Below are positions 31,339 through 42,480 of a stretch of DNA of 64,000 nucleotides, one piece after another. The stretch is from an uncultured Bacteroidales bacterium (GTDB taxonomy: Bacteria > Bacteroidota > Bacteroidia > Bacteroidales > GCA-2748055), in the NCBI GenBank assembly GCA_963763215.1, contig CAVXNX010000025.1, forward strand, positions 20,090 through 84,089, given 5' to 3'. The number at the start of each line of letters is the position of its first letter. Position 1 is the first letter of the stretch. The position numbers and the translations under genes were made by a program. The notes beneath the pieces are model-generated. The model was not told where the DNA came from, did no database searches, and worked only from the letters and a program-made list of their open reading frames with translations.

Positions 31339-32754
31339 TCAGATCTCTCCCCTCTCCTTCATCACCCTGAACAGGACCTGGTCAAGCCCTTCAGAAGGAT
31401 TTGCGGCCGGCGATCTGACCATTTTGCCTTCCCTGTCGATCAGGTAAAATACCGGGAAGGCCCTGACATCATATTCCCGGAGTACATCATCCCCATCTCC
31501 GGCCAGCAGTACGGTCCAGTTGATCTGGTTTTCTTCCATGAACCGCTTCACGTCTTCCGGGTTGCCCGAGGGAATGATGGTGACCACCGTAAGGTAAGCC
31601 TTGTACCTTGCGGCCATCACCTTCAGGTATTCGAATTCCTTTAAACAGCCCATGCTCTGAGTGTCGCAGAAGCCAAGACAGACATATTTCCCGCGGTAGT
31701 CAGACAGGGCATGGCTGACACCATCCGGATCCCGGAGGCGAAATCCGGGTGCCGGGCTGCCGGGCTGCAGACTTGTGAACTTCCGGATCATGAACCCGGC
31801 CATATCTTCGATAACCGGTATCTTCGTCCGGCTTCTGACCGTATCGGCAAAGGCGATCATCTTCTCCCGGGGAAAATCACCGGCATAGAACGACTGGTAA
31901 ATCTCTTCGAGAAGAACTGTTTCAAAAAGGGTATCGTTTTGCATCACGACATCGGGATGGAGGTAGGCTTTCAGACTATCGTAAGACAGGCGGCCAAAAA
32001 CCCTGTAGATCCCATGAAATCTGTTTTCCATGGAGAGATGCTGGTAATAATCGTTGAAAACCAACCGGAAAAGCCCGGCATAGGGTGGAAGTCCGAAATC
32101 CACCTTTTTTCCGAGGAAATAGCCGGCAATGAGGGAGTCCGTGTTATAGGCGTTAACCGTAAATTCCAATACACCCAGTTTGTAGGACCTGTACCGGCGA
32201 TAGTACGACGGGTCACTCAGATCCGGAGGAACAGGGTTGGCCCTGATGAATGAATCAAGTTTGGCCCTGCTGTATGCCGGTGAATAATACCGGAGGACCT
32301 GCTTGTCGTGAAAAGGCTCATATTGCAGGTTGAAATCCCGTATGGCCTGGTTCAAACCCTTGCCGGTGCAGCCGGTGCATGTCACCGAAAGGAGGTAGAG
32401 GGCTTTCCGGTAATACGGGTTGGTCTTCCATTCCCCGGAAATACCGGAGACCGCGGGAAGAGTCAGTTCATAGGATTTACCGGGTTCGACAAAAAAATAC
32501 GCCAGGTAAGGACCGAGCTCGGCATAGAGACATTCCGTCGTTTTTGTCGCGATGGAGAAACGGAAGCTGCCGTCGGATGCCACGTATGCCCGGGCTTCGG
32601 GATACCGGATGGTGAAGAGGGGCTCACGGTACCGGAAAAAGGCAATGGAGTCGCCGGCGAAATCCTTCCCTGTTCCGGAGATCGTCGTGAGCTGGGCTGA
32701 CAGAGACCAGCCGGGTGTCATCACCAGGATCAACAGGATAATAGCCCTCAGCAT
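31339..32754 (-). CDS. Secreted thioredoxin-fold (TlpA/AhpC-TSA-like) protein with a large N-terminal domain
   Basis: Intact ORF. The probable start MLRAIILLILVMTPGWSLSAQ is at 32754. The C-terminal thioredoxin-like domain has ..GKYVCLGFCDTQSMGCLKEF.. and ..VRAFPVFYLIDREGKMV. Confidence 0.6.
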   Translation of the reverse strand: MLRAIILLILVMTPGWSLSAQLTTISGTGKDFAGDSIAFFRYREPLFTIRYPEARAYVASDGSFRFSIATKTTECLYAELGPYLAYFFVEPGKSYELTLPAVSGISGEWKTNPYYRKALYLLSVTCTGCTGKGLNQAIRDFNLQYEPFHDKQVLRYYSPAYSRAKLDSFIRANPVPPDLSDPSYYRRYRSYKLGVLEFTVNAYNTDSLIAGYFLGKKVDFGLPPYAGLFRLVFNDYYQHLSMENRFHGIYRVFGRLSYDSLKAYLHPDVVMQNDTLFETVLLEEIYQSFYAGDFPREKMIAFADTVRSRTKIPVIEDMAGFMIRKFTSLQPGSPAPGFRLRDPDGVSHALSDYRGKYVCLGFCDTQSMGCLKEFEYLKVMAARYKAYLTVVTIIPSGNPEDVKRFMEENQINWTVLLAGDGDDVLREYDVRAFPVFYLIDREGKMVRSPAANPSEGLDQVLFRVMKERGEI

Positions 32755-32755
32755 T

Positions 32756-33226
32756 TCAAATGTAGTTTTTAATGTTGATGCCCTGGGGAAGGAATTTGCT
32801 GGCATCCCCGCCATGGATCAGAATGTCCCTGACAATTGTCGAATTGACGGGAGTATATTCCGGGGCAGTCAGGAGAAAAACCGACTCAATTTCGGGCCTC
32901 ATTGCCTTGTTGACCTGTCCGATGGCCCGCTCATATTCGAAATCCGCAGCTGTACGAAGCCCCCGAAGGAGATACCGGGCCCCCGTATTGAAACAATAAT
33001 CGACGGTCAGCCCTTCGTAATGCTCCACTTCGATTTTGGGGTTGCCGCTGAATACATCCCTGATCAACCGGAGCCTGTTCTCCAGGGTGAGATATGATTT
33101 TTTGGCTGTGTTGTGGCCCACCGCAATGATGATCCGGTCGAACAAGGGGGCCGCGCGGTTCACAATCGACTGATGACCAATGGTGAAAGGGTCGAAGGAA
33201 CCCGGGAAGACAGCTACCTTTTCCAT
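32756..33226 (-). CDS. coaD: Phosphopantetheine adenylyltransferase
   Basis: MEKVAVFPGSFDPFTIGHQSIV (T/HxGH nucleotidyltransferase motif) starts at 33226 and gives 157 aa. The longer ORF reaching 33562 is a spurious extension. Confidence 0.85.
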   Translation of the reverse strand: MEKVAVFPGSFDPFTIGHQSIVNRAAPLFDRIIIAVGHNTAKKSYLTLENRLRLIRDVFSGNPKIEVEHYEGLTVDYCFNTGARYLLRGLRTAADFEYERAIGQVNKAMRPEIESVFLLTAPEYTPVNSTIVRDILIHGGDASKFLPQGINIKNYI

Positions 33227-33410
33227 AACGGTTGTTTTAGCAAAGGTAGTAATCATTTCACGAATTAATAAACCGTTGAGGGGCGGAAGGCGAAAAAGCC
33301 CCGGCAAACATGTCACGTCGGCCAGGAAAACCCTGACGGTAACCCGTTGAAATCCACCCCCTGGCGATGGCGTCACGAAAGGGAAATCCGGCTGCCTGAT
33401 CAGGCAATGC

Positions 33411-33944
33411 TTAGTAGAGCTTGACATCCACGCCCCCGAAAACCACATCGACTTTGATGTCGAGGAAGGGGGCGGCGGGATCGAAACCGGGACTTTCGTA
33501 AGTGGTGTTCCCGAAGACTGCCGAGTTGCCGTTGGGGAGATTGGCACCGGCAAAGGCGGCATCCACCCTGATCCGCACAGGAATGTCGCGGGACAGCCTG
33601 ATTTCAGCCCCTCCGAACACCGTGTTCAGCCTGACTTTCTTAACTGATCCGTCGAGCCTGAAATCCCTGAAATCATAAACCCCCCGGCCGAAAATGACAT
33701 TGTATTCCTTGCCGTTCTCGAAAGCCTCATATCTCTTCTCACCAAAGAGCACGTCATGTTCCCCGGTGTGCATGTGCCGGACCCCGATGCCGCCGAAGAG
33801 GAGCCTGAAACCGATAAAAATGAAGATGAAAGCCACGACGATCTTCAGCAACGGGAAATCAATATTGAAGATGATGCGGAAGACCAGGCTTAATCCGAGG
33901 ATGATGAGCAACAATCCCCAAAAAAGTGCAGGACCCATTTTCAT
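33411..33944 (-). CDS. Membrane protein, LiaF/DUF2154-like (two N-terminal TM helices plus a beta-rich C-terminal domain)
   Basis: Intact 177-aa ORF with ..LFWGLLLIILGLSLVF.. and ..VVAFIFIFIGFRLLFGG.., then repeated ..FGGAEIRL.. and ..VVFGGVDVKL.. strands. Confidence 0.4.
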   Translation of the reverse strand: MKMGPALFWGLLLIILGLSLVFRIIFNIDFPLLKIVVAFIFIFIGFRLLFGGIGVRHMHTGEHDVLFGEKRYEAFENGKEYNVIFGRGVYDFRDFRLDGSVKKVRLNTVFGGAEIRLSRDIPVRIRVDAAFAGANLPNGNSAVFGNTTYESPGFDPAAPFLDIKVDVVFGGVDVKLY

Positions 33945-33995
33945 AGTGTTTAGTTATTAAGTGAACCAAAGGTACTTAAAAAGAGATTGCAACAG

Positions 33996-34022
33996 AAAAA
34001 GGGCGAAAAAAAATCGCCCTTT
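33996..34022 (-). terminator. Rho-independent terminator downstream of lon
   Basis: The minus strand reads AAGGGCGA-TTTTTTT-TCGCCCTT followed by TTTCTGTT. The core stem GGGCGA/TCGCCC lies at 34001-34006 and 34014-34019. Confidence 0.55.
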
Positions 34023-34074
34023 CATGTTCATCTTTCCCGGGTGTGATCCGCATGATCTTTCCCCCGCGTCCCCG

Positions 34075-36533
34075 TCAACCGATTTTCAGCGGTTTTTTCA
34101 CTTTTTCTTTAAGAAGTGCCTGCTCCAGGACTTCGAGTACCGTATCGACATAATGGAATGTAAGTCCTTTCCGGTAAATATCCTTGATTTCGAGGATATC
34201 CTTTTCATTTTCCCGCGACATGATGATGTCGGTGATCCCGGCACGTTTGGCGGCCAGGATTTTTTCCTTGATGCCCCCGACCGGAAGGACCTTACCCCTG
34301 AGGGTGATTTCACCGGTCATGGCCAGGTTTTTCCTCACTTTTCTCTGCGTAAAGGCTGAAGCCATGGAAGTGAGCATGGTAATACCTGCTGATGGGCCGT
34401 CTTTGGGGATGGCTCCCTCAGGGATATGCACATGGACATTCCAGTTTTCAAAAACATCCGGATCGATGCCGATGATATCGGAATGGGCTTTCAGGTATTC
34501 CAGGGCGATGACAGCCGATTCCTTCATGACGTCGCCAAGGTTTCCCGTAAGGGTCAGATTGCCTTTTCCTTTGCTCAGGCTCGTTTCAACAAAGAGGATT
34601 TCACCTCCCACAGCCGTCCAGGCCAGACCCGTGACCACACCGGCAAATTCGTTGTTCTCATACCTGTCTTTAAGATACTGGGGCGGACCGAGAATTTCTT
34701 CGATATCCCCTGCATGAAGGATTTTCTTGTATTCACTGCCGAAAGCTTCCTTCCTGGCAATAACCCTCATGATTTTCGCGATCTGCTTATCAAGCTGCCG
34801 TACACCGGATTCCCGGGTGTAAAATTCGATGACATGCTCGATGGCTTTTTTGTCGAATTTTGACGTCGTTTTTTTTCAGCCCGTGTGCCGAGAGCTGTTT
34901 GGGAATGAGATGTCTGCGGGCGATCTCGACCTTTTCTTCCACAAGATAACCGGACACTTCGATGATCTCCATCCTGTCGAGGAGAGCCGGGTTGATCGTG
35001 CTGGTCGTATTGGCCGTGGCAATGAACATCACCTTCGACAGATCGAAATCGATCTCAAGGTAATTGTCATGGAAAGCCGAATTTTGTTCAGGGTCGAGCA
35101 CTTCCAGCAGCGAAGAGGCCGGATCGCCGTGAAAATCATGGCCGACCTTATCGATCTCATCGAGGACAAACACAGGGTTTGAAGACTTGGTTTTCTTCAG
35201 GTTCTGGATGATGCGCCCGGGCATGGCGCCGATATAGGTTTTCCGGTGCCCCCTGATTTCCGCTTCATCATGCAGCCCGCCCAGTGAGATCCTCACGTAT
35301 TTCCGTCCGAGCGCACTGGCAATGGATTTCCCGAGGGAAGTTTTTCCGACCCCCGGGGGGCCGACAAGGCAGATGATGGGTGATTTCAGGTCGCCTTTCA
35401 GCTTCAGCACCGCCAGGTGTTCCAGTATCCGTTCCTTAACCTTTTCAAGTCCGAAATGGTCCCGTTCAAGGATCTTTTCTGCTCTCTGAAGGTTGAAATT
35501 ATCTTTGGTATAAACATTCCAGGGAAGGTCGAGAAGCGTCTGGACATAGTTCACCTGGACCGAATATTCTCCGGAAGCCGGATTCAGCCGGTGAAGTTTA
35601 TCCGCTTCCTTCATGAAATATTCCTTGACTTCCTTGTCCCATTTTTTCTTCTTGGCCTTCTCCTTCAGCTCGGCAATTTCCTGTTCGAGAGGATTGCCGC
35701 CCAGTTCATCCTGGATGGTCTTCATCTGCTGCTGCAAGCAGATATTCCCGCTGCTGCTGGTCAAGATCATGCTTAACCTTGGTCTGGATATCATTTTTGA
35801 GTTCAAGCATCTGCACTTCCCGTGTCAGGTATTCAAGCAGGCGGATTCCCCTTCTGCCGGAGATCATTGAGTTCGAGCAGCCCCTGCTTATCCTTGAGAT
35901 CCATGTCGTTGTTGGAGGACAGGAAATTGATCAGGAAGGTGGTGCTTTCGATATTTTTAACGGCGAAGGTGGCTTCAGGGGGAATATTGGATGACAGCTT
36001 AATGATCTTCAGCGACAATTCCTTCAGGGAAGCAATGATCGCCTTGAGTTCGTCCTGGTTTTCCGATTTCCGGTCCTCCTGCACAGCAACCCTGGCAACC
36101 AGATATGGCTTGTCGGATACGACATCCAGCATCCGGAAGCTTTTCTTCCCCTGGATGATGATCGAGGTGGAACCGTCGGGCATTTCCAGGATCTTCAGGA
36201 TCTGAGCTACCGTCCCCACCTCATAGAGATCGACAGGCTTTGGTTCTTCGACATCGGCGTCCCGTCTGGGCGATCGTGCCCAGAATCTTGTTTTTCTGAT
36301 ATACATCCTGGACGAGTTTCAGGGATTTGGACCTTCCCACCGTGATCGGGATGACCACACCCGGAAAAAGAACCGTATTGCTGAAGTGGAAGAATGGGAA
36401 GAACATCGGGGACATTCAGTTTCGTGACTTCCTGTTCTTCTTCCTCCGATATGATGGGTATGAATTCTGCATCCTCGTCAAAACTATCCTGAGACAGAAA
36501 ATTATTATAGTTCAAGTCTGAGAGTTTCTTCAT
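34075..36533 (-). CDS. lon: ATP-dependent Lon protease (at least 4 frameshifts)
   Basis: Fragments are 36207..36575 and 36221..36415 (N-terminus, start MKKLSDL at 36533), 35833..36306 (LON N-domain), 34790..35806 (AAA+: [26 protein letters not shown]) and 34075..34770 (protease: [15 protein letters not shown], Ser-Lys dyad region). One junction is an AAAA/TTTT run at 34856-34861. Confidence 0.85.
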
Positions 36534-36702
36534 AAAAACGTTATCTCCTTTCTTCTGACAAATCGTCCGATTCACTGTACTTATTTACCGGCTTCAACCG
36601 GCTGGGTCAATATGGCAACTCCTATGCCAAAGCTTATGCTGCCTGCTGTTTTATTTTCTGTACCTGGCTGTCAGATTGAAGACCTCACTCAGTATTTCCT
36701 TA

Positions 36703-37836
36703 TCAGCATCGCCGAGTGTGAGATTGCCTCCTGGCCATCACCTGTTCTGCAACTTCAAACGCTTTCGGCAGGGAAAAGGTTGAGAATCCATGAGCCCCTC
36801 CCCAGCTGAACGAAGGAATGAATGCGCGGGGAAACCCGGAGCCGAAAATATTGGCACTCACGCCCACAACGGTGCCGGTATTGAACATGGTATTGATGCC
36901 GCATTTGGAATGATCGCCCATAATGAGCCCGCAGAACAGCAGACCGGTATCGGTGAACGATTCGGTTTCATAATTCCAGACCCTGACCTTAGCATAATTG
37001 TTCTTCAGGTTTGAATTATTGGTGTCGGCGCCGATATTACACCATTCCCCGATAACGGAATTGCCGAGGAAGCCATCGTGGGCTTTGTTGGAATAACCCT
37101 GGATGACGCAGTTATTCACCTCTCCACCCACTTTTGAATGTGGCCCGATGGTGGTCGGACCATAGATCTTGGCCCAGAGCTTGACCGTGGAATGCTCGCC
37201 GAGTGCAAAAGGCCCGCGGATGACGCTGCCTTCCATGATCTCGCTTCCCCTGCCCAGATAGACGGGCCCCGTCGTGGCATTGATCGTCGCAAATTCCGCC
37301 TGCACACCTTCTTCAACGAAAATATGATCTTCACCCAGGATCTGGTTACGGGTATTGAGGATCAGGGAATGACGGCCTGACGTCAGCAATTCGAAATCCC
37401 GCCGGATGGCCTCACCATTCCAGCTGAAAATATTCCAGGGATGATCGAGGATCAACAGCCCGCCAGTATATTGCTGACCTGTAGCGGCAGAAAGCCCGCC
37501 TGGGGCGAAGTTCCCCGCCTTCTCCCCTTTTACACGGCAGGCCAGTAAACGCTTATCCCTGAAAAGAGCACCCCCTTCAGGCAGTCCCATAACCGCTTCG
37601 GCAAAGGGCCAGTCGGGAATAACAGCTCCGTTGATGAACAGGTTATCGTCGGCGAGGGTGCATGGAAATTTGGCCGACAGGTAGGGTTCTGTCTGGTAAC
37701 TGACAGGGAACCCGGTTAATTTTTCCCACTTCTCCGAGATGGTGAGGATGCCGATCCGAATCCGGGCGACAGGCCGGGTGAAGGTCAGAGGCAGAAGGGT
37801 CCTTCTGCTGAGATCGTCGAAGAAAACAATATTCAT
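36703..37836 (-). CDS. GlmU-like putative sugar-phosphate nucleotidyltransferase with a left-handed beta-helix
   Basis: Intact from MNIVFFDD (37836). The C-terminal hexapeptide-repeat region includes ..IGPHSKVGGEVNNCVIQGYSNKAHDGFLGNSVIGEWCNIGADT.. Confidence 0.6.
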   Translation of the reverse strand: MNIVFFDDLSRRTLLPLTFTRPVARIRIGILTISEKWEKLTGFPVSYQTEPYLSAKFPCTLADDNLFINGAVIPDWPFAEAVMGLPEGGALFRDKRLLACRVKGEKAGNFAPGGLSAATGQQYTGGLLILDHPWNIFSWNGEAIRRDFELLTSGRHSLILNTRNQILGEDHIFVEEGVQAEFATINATTGPVYLGRGSEIMEGSVIRGPFALGEHSTVKLWAKIYGPTTIGPHSKVGGEVNNCVIQGYSNKAHDGFLGNSVIGEWCNIGADTNNSNLKNNYAKVRVWNYETESFTDTGLLFCGLIMGDHSKCGINTMFNTGTVVGVSANIFGSGFPRAFIPSFSWGGAHGFSTFSLPKAFEVAEQVMARRQSHTRRC

Positions 37837-38064
37837 GGCTGGGATTGCATTTATTGTGAATAACGAGGGATGCCTCAAAAAGGTTTAGATTCCTGCCGAT
37901 GACCGGCAGGATTGACGACGTTTCCCCGGTAGATCCGCCACAGACCTGTCCCCTTTATCGTCACCTTCCTGAGGGTGTGGCTCCGGATGGGGCCAGGCGG
38001 ATTTTCCTGAATGATACAGCAACCTGTCTCCCACCTTTCCCCCTGCATTCCCGGTGGCACCGCA

Positions 38065-38092
38065 CAAAAAACTCCGGTTGACGGCCGGAGTT
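38065..38092 (-). terminator. Rho-independent terminator downstream of rpmE2
   Basis: The minus strand has the 7-bp stem ACTCCGG / CCGGAGT (38085-38091 pairing with 38071-38077) and a 7-nt loop, followed by TTTTTTG. Confidence 0.65.
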
Positions 38093-38121
38093 GGAATACT
38101 ATTTTTAACAGATAGGGGAGT

Positions 38122-38391
38122 TTACTCTTTGTTCCTTTTTTCGTAATGCGATTTATACCTGCTCATGAATTTATCCACACGGCCTGCCGTATCGACAAGT
38201 TTCATCTTACCGGTATAAAAAGGATGGGACTGGGAGGAAATCTCCAGCTTGATCAGAGGGTATTCCTTACCGTCTTCCAGCTTGATGGTTTCCCTGGAGT
38301 TTGCTGTAGACCGGGTCAAAAAAGTATGTCCGTTCGACATGTCTTTAAATGCGACCAGTCTGTAATTCTTAGGATGAATGTCTTTTTTCAT
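38122..38391 (-). CDS. rpmE2: 50S ribosomal protein L31, type B (no Zn ribbon)
   Basis: [39 protein letters not shown]. The CxxC zinc motifs are absent. Confidence 0.85.
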   Translation of the reverse strand: MKKDIHPKNYRLVAFKDMSNGHTFLTRSTANSRETIKLEDGKEYPLIKLEISSQSHPFYTGKMKLVDTAGRVDKFMSRYKSHYEKRNKE

Positions 38392-38526
38392 ACGTATCAC
38401 GTTTTTTCCAACTTCCGGGTTTTGCCGGAATCAGCGGACGTTCACATTTCGCGGCAGAGGCTTAAAAATGTTCCGGTCCCGTTATTATTTCAATCTCGTT
38501 ATTTCGACTTCAGTGAAAATGGATTG

Positions 38527-38534
38527 CAAAATTA
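38527..38534 (-). promoter_or_regulatory. Candidate -7 box (TAATTTTG) upstream of rpmE2
   Basis: The minus strand reads TAATTTTG, 136 nt upstream of the rpmE2 ATG. If used, this implies a long leader. Confidence 0.3.
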
Positions 38535-38546
38535 GATAACTATCTG

Positions 38547-38585
38547 AAAAAAACAAAAAAACGACCAACATTTTTCCGGTTGGCG
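38547..38585 (-). terminator. Probable terminator downstream of the GNAT-like gene
   Basis: The minus strand reads GCCAAC-CGGAAAAAT-GTTGGT (6 bp including one G-U pair), followed by CGTTTTTTTGTTTTTTT. Confidence 0.45.
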
Positions 38586-38639
38586 CATCCGGAATACCCG
38601 GAATTCATCACCGGGTTTCTGTCGCTTTGACTTTTCGGT

Positions 38640-39821
38640 TCAGCGAACTTTTTTCCTTCCCCGGCATGAAGCGTTCAAAGGGAATGGAAGGATCGAGCAT
38701 AGCCGGTAGGTATGGTGGGTTTTTGCCCTCACGGCACCCACGGCTTCATAGAGGGCGATCATCTTGGGATTGAAATCGCCCACCCAGGAAAGTTCGATCT
38801 CCGTATACTGGGGTTTATGTTTCATTTTTTCGTTGAGGTGCCAGAAGATGCCCGATTCCACTCCGGAATTCTGGAATTTTGGCACAACACCGGCGATCTG
38901 GGCCCGGATCCGGGTAATGGCTGCCTGTTTTTTTATAGTAGAGAAACCGGAGTTTATTGACCAGGTGCATCCGTCCGTCGAGTTTTTTCAGGATCTGGTT
39001 GATATCCGGGAACATGATGAAAAATCCGATCGGCTCGTCACTGATAGTAGGCAAACCAGATCATATCGGGATCGAGGATGGGTTTCGCTTTTTTCATCCC
39101 GGCCCTGACATCCTCCGGTTTAAGGGGGGTGAAATTTTCTTTGAAATCCTTCCAGGCTTCATTGTAGATCGGCACCATGTCTGAAATAAATTTATCCGCT
39201 ATCCTTGTAGGAAAAAGGCCGGAAGGTGAAGTCAGGCTTTTTCCCGATCCATTCCGCGATTTTCCAGAACCGTTCCGGGAAAGTCTTTTTTCAGATCGAG
39301 ATGGTAGCTGAATTGGCGGAAATAGATCCTGAAGCCATAATTTTCGAAAAGGCTGCGGTAATACGGGAAATTATAGGGCATTCCGAAACCCGGGTGGGTA
39401 AATCCGTCGACCAGGAGCCCCCAGTTGTTGTCGTTCTCCCCGAAATTCACCGGCGCATCCATGGCTTTCAGCCCTTTGGTACGAAGCCAGTTTTTCGCGG
39501 CATCGAAAAGCATGAAGGCGGCATCCTGGTCGTTGATGCATTCGAAATGACCCAGCCCCCCTGACGGGATTTTTTCCGCCCCGGCTTTTTCCCTGCTGTA
39601 GAAGGCGGCTACCCGCCCGATGAGGGTTCCCCTGGTCATCTTTCAGGATCCAGCGGATCGCTTCACCATCGGCGAAGATGGGGATTGAGTCTGGCATTGT
39701 ACTGGGCCATGACATCACTGTCCATGGGACAAACCCAGCAGGGATCATTCCGGTAAAGAATCTTCGGGACGTTAATGAATTCCCTCTCCAGGTTCCTATT
39801 GTTGACTTCAATCAGATTCAT
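38640..39821 (-). CDS. Conserved ~390-aa GNAT-like N-acetyltransferase-family protein (at least 4 frameshifts)
   Basis: The start MNLIEVNNRNLEREFINVPKILYRNDPCWVCP is at 39821. Fragments are 39371..39811, 39232..39639 (..LIGRVAAFY..GGLGHFECINDQDAA..MDAPVNFGENDNNWGLLVDGF..), 38815..39054 and 38640..38885. The true stop may lie at about 38604 if one more indel is present. Confidence 0.4.
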
Positions 39822-39836
39822 CCGTTCTCCGGTTTT

Positions 39837-41312
39837 TCAGAGTGAGAACCATTGATCGACTGCCTTGTCCTGCACCGACCCATTCACTTCACCTTTATGG
39901 GCATATTCATTCTTTCGATTTAAATATACATAATCTTTTTGCCAATCATCGATATTTTTAACAATTAACGATAGCGCTTCGGCAAATTCATATACCTCGT
40001 TGTCCGTCATCACGGGGTGAAGCGACCATCTCACCCATCCGGGTTTTTCCGACAGGTCGCCGTGGTTAATCTTATCGGTGATTTCCTGCGATTTTTCGTA
40101 GCTCACCTGCAGCAGGTAATGTCCGTAGGTTCCGGCACAGGCACATCCTCCCCTGACCTGGATGCCGAACCGGTCGTTAAGCAGCTTGACCAGCAGGTTG
40201 AAATGGATGGACTCATGGTAGAACGAGATGATGCCGAGCCGGTCCTCGATGTTATCGGCAAGGATCTTGATGCCAGGCACGGCTCTCAGCAGGGGGAAGG
40301 CCAGGGCAAGTAACTCTTTTTCCCTGGCTCGCATGGGTTCCACTCCCATTTTCTCTTTCAGACCGAATGGCCAGGGCGGCTTTGATCGATTCGAGAAAGC
40401 CGGGGGTTCCTCCATCTTCCCGCGCTTCGATATCGTCCACATATTTATACTTGCCCCATGGATTTGTCCAGTCAACGGTTCCTCCGCCCGGATTATCGGG
40501 AACATCGGCTTTGTACATGGACGAATCGAAGATCAGCACGCCGCTTGAGCCGGGACCACCCAGAAACTTGTGGGGTGAGAAATAAATGGCATCGAGCTTT
40601 TCCAGCGGATCGTCCGGATTCATGTCGATGTCCTCATAAGGGGCTGAAGCGGCAAAATCGATGAAACACAGACCGCCGTATTCGTGCATGATGGCAGCGA
40701 GCTGATGATAGGGCGTCCTGATGCCCGTGACATTGGAACAGGCGGTGAACGAACCGATCTTGAATTCCCTGTCCCTGTAGAGTTCGAGCTGGGCCTCAGT
40801 TCCCCGGGATCGACCAGGAGGTTTGGATCCGGTCTGAGTTGGACAACGTCGGCAATGGTCTCATACCAGGAGGTATGATTGGAGTGATGTTCCATATGTG
40901 TGACAAAGACCACCGGCCGGTTCTTCATTTTCGGGCAGTCGTTCCGGTACCGGCTGCCGCAACCTTTGAGGCTGAGGATCCGCTGGAGCTTGTTCACCAC
41001 CGAAGTCATGCCGAAACCCGCGGTGATGATGACATCCCCGGATGAGGCATTCACATGATCCTTGATGATACGGTGTGCATGCTGGTAACTTTTGGTCATC
41101 AGTGTCCCGGTGGTATTGGTCTCGGTATGGGTATTGGCCACATAAGGTCCGAAATCCCGGAGAAGTTTCCGTTCGATGGGTTCGTACAACCGGCCGCTGG
41201 CGATCCAGTCGGCATAAAGGATCTTTTTCCGGCCATAAGGCGAGTCAAACTCCTGGTCAATGCCCACGATATTCTGCCTGAAGGCGTCGAAATACTTCTC
41301 GAGATTCTGCAT
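39837..41312 (-). CDS. Class V aminotransferase-fold PLP enzyme (cysteine desulfurase/selenocysteine lyase-like; two frameshifts)
   Basis: Fragments are 40620..41312, 40252..40689 and 39837..40505. The PLP-lysine block is AIYFSPHKFLGGPGSSGVL. The C-terminal domain has ..VRGGCACAGTYGHYLL.. Confidence 0.7.
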
Positions 41313-41322
41313 TTACATGCTT

Positions 41323-42084
41323 TTAGTTCCTGCTGGAAAACCGCGCCAGCAGACGCAGGAATTCGATGTATAACCAGACGAGCGTGACAATGAGGCCGAA
41401 TGCCCCGTACCATTCCATGAATTTTGGTGCACCTGCAGCCGAAGCATTCTCGATAAAATCAAAATCGAGGACCAGGTTCAGGGCTGCCACCGTGATGACC
41501 ACCAGGCTGATGATGATCCCGAAGGTTCCGCCGCCAAAAGAAAGAAATCCGATATCGATGCCGAAAAAACCCAGGATCATGGAGAGGAGGTACGCCACGG
41601 CAATTCCGCCTGTGGCGGCAACCACGCCCGTCCTGAACTTGTTGGTGACCTTGATGATCCCTGACCGGTAAACGAACAACATGGCAAACAGGGTCCCGAA
41701 AGTCAGGATGACAGCGTTCAGAACGATGTTATGAAATTGGGGCTGCGCATTTAAAACGGCAGAGATGCCGCCAAGGAAAAGCCCTTCAAGAACAGCATAT
41801 ACCGGCGCCGTAAAAGGCGACCAGTTTGGTTTGAAAACAGTGATGAGCGCCGTGATGAATCCACCGATCACCCCGACCCACATGTAGGTCATGAGCGAGG
41901 AAAGGTTTCCGGCCTGCATAAACTTCCAGGTGTAACCTGCCCCGAGAACAACCAGCAAGGTCATGATGAAAATCTTGTTGACAGTGCCCCTGACCGTCAT
42001 GACCTCGCCTTTGTCTGCTGCAATTCCCGATTTCCTGAAGATACTCTCCGTGAGAACCGGGTTTGATGTTCTGTTCAAATTCAT
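41323..42084 (-). CDS. Bax inhibitor-1/YccA-family membrane protein
   Basis: Intact 253-aa ORF with about seven TM helices and a characteristic C-terminal region (..GAFGLIVTLVWLYIEFLRLL). Confidence 0.75.
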   Translation of the reverse strand: MNLNRTSNPVLTESIFRKSGIAADKGEVMTVRGTVNKIFIMTLLVVLGAGYTWKFMQAGNLSSLMTYMWVGVIGGFITALITVFKPNWSPFTAPVYAVLEGLFLGGISAVLNAQPQFHNIVLNAVILTFGTLFAMLFVYRSGIIKVTNKFRTGVVAATGGIAVAYLLSMILGFFGIDIGFLSFGGGTFGIIISLVVITVAALNLVLDFDFIENASAAGAPKFMEWYGAFGLIVTLVWLYIEFLRLLARFSSRN

Positions 42085-42480
42085 TTTCTATTCTCCTGAA
42101 TTGGTTTCAAAGATATTATTTTTAGCAAAAACAAAACATGTCAAAGGATATGCCAAATGGGGGAACCTTCCTTTCTGTCATTTCGGGCCGGAAAAACCGG
42201 CAATTTTGACTTCTTTTTGCCAGGATTCATCTGACCTTCGGGTCATCTTCCTGCCGGCATCGAAGGTCATGTGGCAGGATATTCGTAAATTTGTACCGGC
42301 CACGGTAACGCTGCACTGGCGGTTTAAAACGTTGGCTTTGACCGGGCAGGGGAGCCGCCGGTGGAATTATTCTGGTCAATATGCCCGGAAAACTGATTTG
42401 GTGTATATCTTTGTCGGTTCGAGCCGGCATGATTCCGGGAGAGGAACATTGCGGGAAAAGATGAACTCGAAACCCTTGGA

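Noticed and set aside
33227-33562. 112-codon N-terminal extension of the coaD ORF, overlapping the neighbouring LiaF-like gene
   Set aside because: CoaD proteins start at the M-x-x-x-A-V-F/Y-P-G-S-F-D-P block, found here at 33226. The extension is Pro/Ser-rich and overlaps the 3' end of gene 33411..33944.
37889-37913. An 8-9-bp hairpin (TCCTGCCG-ATGAC-CGGCAGGA) upstream of the GlmU-like gene as a riboswitch or attenuator
   Set aside because: It is a single short hairpin with no adjacent T run, no alternative pairing and no recognisable riboswitch core. That is insufficient to call.
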